A DNA stretch of 64,000 nt from an uncultured Actinomycetes bacterium (GTDB lineage Bacteria > Actinomycetota > Actinomycetes > Mycobacteriales > SCTD01): positions 226,660 to 290,659 of the forward strand of contig CAWASE010000013.1 of NCBI GenBank assembly GCA_963784675.1. Direction: 5' to 3'. This document shows positions 57,784 to 64,000 of this stretch, in pieces. The notes under the pieces are model-generated. The model had not been told where the DNA came from. It ran no database searches and worked only from the letters and a program-made list of their open reading frames with translations. A program made the position numbers and the translations under genes. Position 1 is the stretch's first letter. Every line of letters starts with the position of its first letter.

Positions 57784-58506
57784 ATGGGGCTGGGCAAGCG
57801 GTTGTCCGCGCTGTTCGCGCGCGAGCAGGACCCGCAGGAGGTCCTGGACGCGTCCTACGACCGGCAGCAGCAGCTCCTGCAGCAGACCCGTCGCGGCGCG
57901 GCCGACGTCGCGACGTCCGCACGCCGCCTCGAGCTGCAGCTGCGCCAGCTGGAGACCGAGGCCGACTCCCTGCACGACGACGCCACCGCTGCGGTGCGCG
58001 GTGGCGACGACGACCGTGCGCGCGCCCTGCTCACGCGCCGGGCCGGGCTGCTCCAGCAGGTCGAGGAGCTGCGCCCGCAGCAGCAGCAGCTGGCGACGCA
58101 GCAGGAGACGCTCGAGACCGCCGTGTCCAGGCTGGCGGCGAAGGTCGAGGCGTTCCGCGGGCAGAAGGAGGCGCTGTCGGCCGGCCTCACCGCCGCGCAG
58201 GCGCAGGAGAAGGTCGGACAGGCGCTGGCCGGCGTCGACGAAGAGCTGGGCGACGTGGGCTTCGCGCTGCAGCGGGCGCGCGAGCGCACCGACGCCGCGC
58301 AGGCCCGGGCCGGAGCGCTCGAGGAGCTCGCCGAGATCAGCAGCACCAGCCGCCTCACGCCGGGGGAGGCCGCGCAGCGCACCCTCGCCCAGCTCTCCGG
58401 CGGCGGTGTCGAGGACGAGCTGGCGGCGCTCCGAGGCGATCGCGCCCTCCCCGGCCCGCTCGGGCTGCCGCCGACCTCCACGACCAGCGCCCAGGAGCAG
58501 CAGTGA
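57784..58506 (+). CDS. pspA: PspA/IM30 family protein
   Basis: Coiled-coil sequence DPQEVLDASYDRQQQLLQQTRRGAADVATSARRLELQLRQLE...AKVEAFRGQKEALSA. Confidence 0.85.
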   Translation: MGLGKRLSALFAREQDPQEVLDASYDRQQQLLQQTRRGAADVATSARRLELQLRQLETEADSLHDDATAAVRGGDDDRARALLTRRAGLLQQVEELRPQQQQLATQQETLETAVSRLAAKVEAFRGQKEALSAGLTAAQAQEKVGQALAGVDEELGDVGFALQRARERTDAAQARAGALEELAEISSTSRLTPGEAAQRTLAQLSGGGVEDELAALRGDRALPGPLGLPPTSTTSAQEQQ

Positions 58507-58781
58507 TCGTCCGTATCCTCGGGGAGGGGCAGTTCGACCTGCCCGACAGCGCCCTCGACGCCCTCAACGCGCTCGACGCCGTGGCCGAGAGCGCGGTCGA
58601 CGCCGACGACCAGCCGGCCTTCACCGCAGCGCTCACGGCGCTGCTCGACGCGGTCCGCCGCCTCGGTGCGCCGACCGCTCCGGACCTGCTCGTCCCGTCG
58701 TCGTTCGTCCTGCCCCCTGCGGACGTCACCCTCGCCGAGGTGCGCCACCTGTTCGAGGCCGACGGGCTGGTGCCCGGATGA
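58503..58781 (+). CDS. small PspA-associated protein (PspAA-like)
   Basis: 92 aa: VIVRILGEGQFDLPDSALDALNALD... GTGA overlap with pspA and ATGA overlap with htpX. The family name is from memory and needs an HMM check. Confidence 0.6.
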   Translation: MIVRILGEGQFDLPDSALDALNALDAVAESAVDADDQPAFTAALTALLDAVRRLGAPTAPDLLVPSSFVLPPADVTLAEVRHLFEADGLVPG

Positions 58782-59725
58782 GCAGCCGCCGCGGCCGGTT
58801 CGCCGCCGACAGCGGGCTGACCTCGCGGATGCTGCTCGTGCTCTTCCTGCTCGGGCTGCTGTACGTCGTCGCGATCGGTGCGCTCATCGGCCTCGGGATC
58901 AGCCCGGTGGTGGTGCTCGTGGTGGTCGGCGGGTTCTTCGTCTTCCAGTACGTCGCCAGCGACAAGATCGCGCTGTACGCGATGAACGGTCGGCTGGTCG
59001 AGCCTGCGGAGGCCGCTGAGCTGCACGGGGTCATCGACCGGCTCTGCGCGCTGTCGGACACCCCGAAGCCGCGCGTGGCCGTCGCCGACAGCGACGTGCC
59101 CAACGCCTTCGCCACCGGGCGCAGCCCGTCCAAGGCCGTCGTCTGCGTGACCACCGGCCTGCTGCGGCGGCTCGAGCCGGACGAGCTGGAGGGCGTGCTC
59201 GCGCACGAGCTGTCGCACGTCGCGCACCGCGACGTCGCCGTGATGACCATCGCCTCCTTCCTCGGCGTCCTGTCCGGGCTCATCACCCGCTTCGTGCTGC
59301 AGTCGATGGCCTTCGGCGGCTTCGGCCAGGGCTACGGCGGTCGCGGCTACGGTCGCGACCGCAGCGACAACCGCGACAGCAACAGCGGCATCCCGATCGT
59401 CATCGCCGTGATCGTGGTGTCGGCCCTGGTCTACGCCGTCAGCTTCCTGCTCATCCGGGCGCTGTCGCGCTACCGCGAGCTGTCGGCCGACCGCACGGCC
59501 GCGCAGCTCACCGGCCGGCCGTCCTCGCTCGCCTCGGCCCTGACGAAGGTCACCGGCGAGATGGCCCGCGTCCCCACCCGCGACCTGCGCGAGGCCGAGC
59601 CGTTCAACGCCTTCTTCTTCACCCCGGCGCTGGCGCAGGGCTTCAGCCTGTCCTCGCTGTTCTCCACCCACCCGTCGCTGGACACCCGGCTGGCGCAGCT
59701 GGCGAAGATGTCGGCGACGTCATGA
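58778..59725 (+). CDS. htpX: zinc metalloprotease HtpX (M48)
   Basis: N-terminal TM pair, PNAFATG, HELSHVAHRD (HExxH), YRELSADRTAAQLTG, and THPSLDTRL. Confidence 0.9.
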   Translation: MSSRRGRFAADSGLTSRMLLVLFLLGLLYVVAIGALIGLGISPVVVLVVVGGFFVFQYVASDKIALYAMNGRLVEPAEAAELHGVIDRLCALSDTPKPRVAVADSDVPNAFATGRSPSKAVVCVTTGLLRRLEPDELEGVLAHELSHVAHRDVAVMTIASFLGVLSGLITRFVLQSMAFGGFGQGYGGRGYGRDRSDNRDSNSGIPIVIAVIVVSALVYAVSFLLIRALSRYRELSADRTAAQLTGRPSSLASALTKVTGEMARVPTRDLREAEPFNAFFFTPALAQGFSLSSLFSTHPSLDTRLAQLAKMSATS

Positions 59726-60291
59726 CGTTCCTCGACGCGCTGCTGGGGCGCAAGAAGCCGGTGCCGCCGGACCTCGACGCCCTGTTCGCGCTGCCGTCGG
59801 CGGCGGTCGGCCTGCAGGCCTCCCTGGCGCTCGTGCCGACCGGCCTCGGGTCGGTCTGCATCAAGCCGGTGGAGGGTGCCGCCTTCACCCGCACCCAGAC
59901 CGAGGTGCAGGCGCTGCTGCGCGTCGACGACACCTCCCGCGTCGACGTCACGCGCGACGACTACGGCTATGCCTGGACGACGGTCGCCGCCGACCGGAGC
60001 CGGCTGCCCGACGTCGTCAGTGCGCTGCACGCGGCCAACACCACCTACGCCCGCGACGAGTTCGGGACCGGCCTGCTCTGCTCGCTGGTGGGCTTCCAGG
60101 GCCCGGACGGGCGAGCGGTCGCGCTGGTCTACCTCTACAAGCGGGGGACGTTCTACCCGTTCGCCCCGCGCGGCGCACAGCAGCGCGACACGGCCCTGGA
60201 GCTGCAGGTGCGCGCCGCGATCGGTGCTGACCTCAAGATCGAGCCGGACCTGTCCCGCTGGTTCCCGGTCTGGGGTGCTCCGGGGCTGTGA
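59722..60291 (+). CDS. PspA-associated protein (PspAB-like), conserved hypothetical
   Basis: MTFLDALLGRKKPVPPDLDALFALPSAA...YLYKRGTFYPFAP... ATGA overlap with htpX. It is the last gene of the operon. Confidence 0.6.
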   Translation: MTFLDALLGRKKPVPPDLDALFALPSAAVGLQASLALVPTGLGSVCIKPVEGAAFTRTQTEVQALLRVDDTSRVDVTRDDYGYAWTTVAADRSRLPDVVSALHAANTTYARDEFGTGLLCSLVGFQGPDGRAVALVYLYKRGTFYPFAPRGAQQRDTALELQVRAAIGADLKIEPDLSRWFPVWGAPGL

Positions 60292-60380
60292 CGTCCCGGG
60301 CTGTGACGTCCCGGGCTGTGACGTCCGGGCGTGACGTTCGGGCTGTGACGTCCGCGCGGTGACGTCCGCGCGGTGACCCG
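60285..60380. repeat. 7-unit tandem repeat array (13-15-nt period, core GTGACG; four units carry GCTGTGA, which is TCACAGC on the minus strand)
   Basis: gctgtgacgtcccgg gctgtgacgtcccgg gctgtgacgtccgg gcgtgacgttcgg gctgtgacgtccgcgc ggtgacgtccgcgc ggtgacccg. It fills the whole gap between two convergent stop codons (60291 and 60381). Confidence 0.85.
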
Positions 60381-61256
60381 TCAGAGCGTCCCGACGTCGT
60401 GGCCGAGCAGCTGCAGCGCCAGCGCGCCGGCGCCGATCAGCGGCGCGTCCCGGCCGAGCCCCACCGGCGCGATGCGGCAGCCGTCCGTCGAGCTCAACCG
60501 GCTGGTCGCGCGTAGGCCCCGGCTGGCGGCCGAGAAGAACGGTCCGCCGTAGCCGAGGGCCACCGACCCGCCGATGGCGACCAGCGACAGGTCCAGCAGG
60601 TTCACCACCGACGCCAGCCCCTGACCCAGCAGCCGGCCGGCCCGCAGCACCTCCGCCATCGGCGCCCGGGCGGCCGGCGCGCCGGTGCGGGCGGCGATCG
60701 CCGTGCCGCTGATCTCGGCCTCCAGGCACCCCTGCCCGCCGCAGGAGCACGGCGCACCGTCCGGCACCACGACCACGTGACCGATGAAGCCGGCGTTGCC
60801 TGCCCGGCCGTGCAGCAGCCGTCCGTCGAGCACGAGCCCGCCGCCGACGCCGGTGGACACCACCATCGCCAGGTAGTCGCGGGTGCCTGCGGCCGCGCCC
60901 TTCCACCCCTCGCCGACGGCCAGCGCCTTCGCGTCGCCGTCGACGACCACCGGCATCCGGAGCGCCCGCTCCAGCCGGGCGTGCAGCGGGAACTGCCGCC
61001 AGGCGGGCATGTTCAGCGGCGAGACCGCCTCGCCTCCCCGGGTCATCGGACCCGTCGTCCCGACTCCGGCGGCCGCGACCCCCTCGGGCGAGACCTGCTG
61101 CACCGCTGACAGGACGGCGGCCAGCAGCACCTCGGGATCCTCGCCCCGCGGCGTCAGGGCGGTCGCCGAGCGGTGCAGGACACCGTCGCCGTCGAGGATG
61201 CCGGCGGCGATCTTCGTGGCGCCGATGTCGATCGCCAGGACGGTCTGCGCGGGCAC
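60381..61256 (-). CDS. ROK family sugar kinase
   Basis: LAIDIGATKIAAG, VVDGDAKALAVGE, GAGNAGFIGH, and zinc motif CSCGGQGCLE. Confidence 0.85.
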   Translation of the reverse strand: MPAQTVLAIDIGATKIAAGILDGDGVLHRSATALTPRGEDPEVLLAAVLSAVQQVSPEGVAAAGVGTTGPMTRGGEAVSPLNMPAWRQFPLHARLERALRMPVVVDGDAKALAVGEGWKGAAAGTRDYLAMVVSTGVGGGLVLDGRLLHGRAGNAGFIGHVVVVPDGAPCSCGGQGCLEAEISGTAIAARTGAPAARAPMAEVLRAGRLLGQGLASVVNLLDLSLVAIGGSVALGYGGPFFSAASRGLRATSRLSSTDGCRIAPVGLGRDAPLIGAGALALQLLGHDVGTL

Positions 61257-61284
61257 CCTCAGCGGGACGCCGGGCGAGACCGGC

Positions 61285-61512
61285 TCACTGCATCGCCTCC
61301 AGCATCCCCATCATGTCCTTGCAGGCCGGACAGACGGGGAACTTGTCGGGATCGCGGCCCGGCAGCCAGGTCTTGCCGCAGAGGGCCACCACCGGGACAC
61401 CGTCGACCGCGCTGCGCAGGATGTCCTCCTTGCGCACGTAGTGGCTGTAGCGCTCGTCGTCGCCGTCGTCCAGCCGTGGCTCGACGACAGGCCTGGTGTC
61501 CAGCTCGGTCAT
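61285..61512 (-). CDS. DUF3039 domain-containing protein
   Basis: ERYSHYVRKEDILRSAVDGVPVVALCGKTWLPGRDPDKFPVCPACKD. I recognise this as a small protein family conserved in actinobacteria. Confidence 0.75.
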   Translation of the reverse strand: MTELDTRPVVEPRLDDGDDERYSHYVRKEDILRSAVDGVPVVALCGKTWLPGRDPDKFPVCPACKDMMGMLEAMQ

Positions 61513-61527
61513 GCCGCTGATCCTAGG
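61513..61527 (-). promoter_or_regulatory. start-proximal motif CCTAGGATCAGCGGC (possible leaderless promoter), second copy
   Basis: It is identical to 42973-42987. The TAG of the motif is also the stop codon of the upstream GGDEF-EAL gene. Confidence 0.45.
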
Positions 61528-63565
61528 CCCGGGCCCCGGAGGCGGTCACGGGGACGGGGGGCGTGCGCAGCGGGCGCTGGTAGTCGCGCAGCCAGGGCCA
61601 CAGGGTCTCCGGCGGCATGGGGCGGGACAGGTGATAGCCCTGGATGACGTCGCAGCCCAGCGCCCGCAGCATCGACCACGTCGCAGCGTCCTCGACGCCT
61701 TCGGCCACCAGGCTCAGGCCCAGGTTGTGACCGAGCTCGATCGTCGAACGGACGATCACGGCGTCGTTGCTGTTGCTGGTCATGGCGAACACGAACGAGC
61801 GGTCGATCTTGAGCTCGTTGGCCTCCAGCCGCTTGAGATAGGCGAGCGAGGAGTAGCCGGTCCCGAAGTCGTCGATCGACAGCACGACCCCCAGGTCGCG
61901 CAGCAGCCCGAGCACGTTCATCGTCCGGGTGGGGTCGGCCATGATGGACGTCTCGGTGACCTCGAGCGTCAGCCGCGACGGTGGCACGCCCCACCGGCCG
62001 AGCAGCGAGGCCACCTGTCGGGGCAGGTCCAGGTCGGTCAGCAGCCGCACCGACAGGTTCACCGCGACGCCGAGGGCGTGGCCGGCGTCGTGCAGCTGGC
62101 GGGCCACCTGCAGCGACTGGTCCAGCACCTCCAGCGTCAGCGGGCCGATCAGCCCGGAGTTCTCGGCGATGGTGATGAACTCGTCCGGGTACACCAGGCC
62201 GCGCGCCGGGTGCTGCCAGCGGACGAGCGCCTCCAGCCCGACCAGCGCCCCGCCGTCGGCGGCACACTTGGGCTGGTAGTGCACGCGCAGCTCGCCCCGT
62301 TCGATGCCCTCGCGCAGCTGACCGAGCAGCGCCAGCTTCTCCAGGCTGTGCTGGTCCTCGCTGGCCGAGTAGACCTCGTAGCGCCCGCGGTGCTCCTTGG
62401 CCGAGTACAGCGCGACATCGGCCCGCTGCAGCAGCGTCGTCGCCTCGTTGCCGTGGTCGGGCGCCAGGGCGATACCGACGCTGGCCTGCACGTCCAGCCG
62501 CACCCCGTCGATCGTGAACGGTTGCGCCAGCGCCTGGACGATGCGGCGGGCGACGTCCTCGGCGTCGGCGAGCCCCGGCAGGTCGGTGGCCAGGACGGCG
62601 AACTCGTCGCCACCGAGGCGGGCGACGGAGTCCCCGTCGCGCAGGGCGTCGCGCAGGCGTCGGCCGACCTCGCACAGCAGCAGGTCGCCGACGTAGTGGC
62701 CCAGCGTGTCGTTGATCTCCTTGAAGTGGTCCAGGTCGATGAGCAGCACGGCGGTGCTGAGGCCGGACCGGCCGGCGTCGTCCAGCACCCGCGCCGTGCG
62801 CTGCTGGAGCATGACGCGGTTGGGCAGCCCGGTCAGCGCGTCGTGCAGCGACTCGCGCTCGCGGTCGGCGGCCAGCTTCGCGCTGCGGTGCACCGCGGCG
62901 ATGGGCAGCAGCATGAGCGGCAGCATGAGCAGCGAGAAGTCCAGCGCCACGATGACGACGGGGGCGAAGCTGAGCAGCACGCCCGACGTGGAGAGCTGGA
63001 AGCGCACGTCGTCACGCAGCAGCGGGACGATCGGCCGGTCCAGCCACAGCGCCACCACGATGCCGGTGAGGCCGTTGTTGACGACGAAGAAGACGATGCC
63101 GGCCGCCAGGGCGGGGGCGACGTCGGTCAGGCCGAAGGCGGTGTCGTCGGCCAGGTAGCTGCGGCCGGTGAGCAGGCAGAAGGCGAGCCGGGTCGCGGCC
63201 GCGCTGATCATCAGCTGGCTGATGTTGAAGGCGATCCGGCGCAGGTCCTTGCCGCGCCGCAGGTCGTCCCAGCCGGCGCTGAGGATCTGTGCGGGGATCA
63301 GCAGCCAGACCGGGCCCAGGACCGCTACGGCCAGGATGAAGGTCGCGGAGATGGTGACCTCGTCGGACTCCTCGTCACCCCGCGAGATCATGATCGGCTG
63401 GGACTCGCCGATCACCATGCAGGCGAGCAGGACGAGCACCGTCAGGCTGGGACGGGACACCCCCTCGCCGAGGATGCGGTGGCTGAGGTCGAGCAGGACC
63501 AGCGCGCCGCCGGTCAGGACGGCGCCGATGTACAGGGACAGCCGCGGGGGGACCCGGAGGGTCAT
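61523..63565 (-). CDS. membrane-anchored GGDEF-EAL (diguanylate cyclase/phosphodiesterase) protein
   Basis: N-terminal polytopic membrane domain of about 230 aa. RLGGDEFAVL (GGDEF). LEALVRW, DDFGTGYSSLAYLK and EGVE (EAL domain). Confidence 0.85.
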   Translation of the reverse strand: MTLRVPPRLSLYIGAVLTGGALVLLDLSHRILGEGVSRPSLTVLVLLACMVIGESQPIMISRGDEESDEVTISATFILAVAVLGPVWLLIPAQILSAGWDDLRRGKDLRRIAFNISQLMISAAATRLAFCLLTGRSYLADDTAFGLTDVAPALAAGIVFFVVNNGLTGIVVALWLDRPIVPLLRDDVRFQLSTSGVLLSFAPVVIVALDFSLLMLPLMLLPIAAVHRSAKLAADRERESLHDALTGLPNRVMLQQRTARVLDDAGRSGLSTAVLLIDLDHFKEINDTLGHYVGDLLLCEVGRRLRDALRDGDSVARLGGDEFAVLATDLPGLADAEDVARRIVQALAQPFTIDGVRLDVQASVGIALAPDHGNEATTLLQRADVALYSAKEHRGRYEVYSASEDQHSLEKLALLGQLREGIERGELRVHYQPKCAADGGALVGLEALVRWQHPARGLVYPDEFITIAENSGLIGPLTLEVLDQSLQVARQLHDAGHALGVAVNLSVRLLTDLDLPRQVASLLGRWGVPPSRLTLEVTETSIMADPTRTMNVLGLLRDLGVVLSIDDFGTGYSSLAYLKRLEANELKIDRSFVFAMTSNSNDAVIVRSTIELGHNLGLSLVAEGVEDAATWSMLRALGCDVIQGYHLSRPMPPETLWPWLRDYQRPLRTPPVPVTASGARA

Positions 63566-63603
63566 CGTTGTGGGTCCCTCTCCTGCTGGCGGGGCTGGTG
63601 CGA

Positions 63604-63635
63604 CGCCCGACCCCGGAGCGTCCCGGGGTCGGGCG
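63604..63635 (-). other. 13-bp perfect stem-loop in the GGDEF-EAL leader
   Basis: cgcccgaccccgg-agcgtc-ccggggtcgggcg, 39-70 nt upstream of the ATG at 63565. No U-tract. Confidence 0.4.
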
Positions 63636-63941
63636 ACGGATCACCACTTGTGGCTGGCGTTCCTCACAAAGCTCTCCTGGTGTCTCGGGACGGCTGGCGC
63701 CGCCTTGAGCGGAAAGGACGGAACAGTGCTCACCAACGCACTGCGAGGCGTCGCGTTCGACGCTGCATGGCTTTCCTCCTTCGCAGCGAGGGCCGGCTGT
63801 GCACCGGCCGTCCGGACTGGTCCCCGCACTGTTCGACAGGTTTGCCGCTGGAGATAAGGGCCGTTCGGCCCATCGTCGGCACTTCACCTGCAGGCTCCAT
63901 CTGCCGAGACCTCCGGAGACCCACCCGACAGGAGGCGAGCG

Positions 63942-64000
63942 GTGAACCGGTATGCGGCGGTGCTGCGGCGCCCGGGGATCGCCGTCGCCCTGCTGCCGTA
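63942..64000 (+). CDS. 5' end of an unidentified gene (runs off the window)
   Basis: The GTG at 63942 is preceded by AGGAGG at 6-nt spacing. It reads VNRYAAVLRRPGIAVALLP. The fragment is too short to name. Confidence 0.4.
   Translation, partial: MNRYAAVLRRPGIAVALLP

Noticed and set aside
60285-60380. Possible CRISPR array.
   Set aside because: The repeat period is only 13-15 nt, there are no unique spacers, no cas genes are nearby, and the array is under 100 nt. It is a simple tandem repeat.
63800-63880. Possible c-di-GMP (GEMM-I) riboswitch upstream of the GGDEF-EAL gene, suggested by GGCAAACC followed by a small hairpin and GGGGACC...CCGG on the minus strand.
   Set aside because: Only the GGCAAACC octamer and loose spacing resemble the consensus. 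The GNRA tetraloop and the ACGCAAAGCC-type receptor segment are not present. A covariance-model scan would be needed, and I do not claim it.
63730-63924. 64-aa minus-strand ORF in the GGDEF-EAL leader as a real protein gene.
   Set aside because: Composition and GC3 are not coding-like over most of its length. Only the last 12 codons, preceded by a strong SD, are considered, and only as a possible leader peptide.

Overview
The window is very GC-rich, with strong third-codon-position GC bias. Its gene content looks actinobacterial: Mce, a Ddn-type F420 reductase, WS/DGAT, an Lsr2-type domain, Mtb-type PhoPR and DUF3039. All family calls come from reading motifs and ORF translations; no search tool was run. 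I recognised no rRNA, tRNA, transposase, integrase, phage or CRISPR features. There are about 60 genes.

**Main blocks**
- A Kef-type antiporter fused to a UBP zinc finger, then bioB and an AtuA-family gene.
- A TetR-controlled leucine/itaconate cluster (methylcrotonyl-CoA carboxylase, acyl-CoA dehydrogenase, ScoAB, MaoC, CitE), syntenic with M. tuberculosis Rv2498c-Rv2504c. ilvA follows it.
- TetR plus paaABCDE, then hisD.
- TetR plus a solitary Mce gene.
- A monooxygenase-SDR-WS/DGAT operon.
- M20 peptidase, an Lsr2-like gene, fabG, a HelD-like helicase and cspA.
- A large SF2 helicase, then rarD and murB.
- A pspA-pspAA-htpX-pspAB operon.
- ROK kinase, DUF3039 and a GGDEF-EAL protein.

**Most interesting locus (32.2-40.2 kb)**
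- An Mtb-type PhoP/PhoR pair is transcribed divergently from a VWA-MoxR-DUF58-VWA operon.
- Each arm ends in one of two paralogous secreted proteins with LTxxQ motifs and Gly/His-rich tracts.
- An exact TCACAGC-N4-TCACAGC direct repeat, the M. tuberculosis PhoP consensus as I recall it, sits in the divergent promoter.
- 11-nt-phased copies of the same heptamer precede both paralog genes.

**Other notable signals**
- A 7-unit tandem array, four of whose units carry the same heptamer, fills the gap after the psp operon.
- Two unrelated genes share a near-identical 20-nt start-proximal motif that looks like a leaderless promoter.
- Reading-frame breaks are confined to four patches. This indicates either pseudogenes or local sequence-quality problems.
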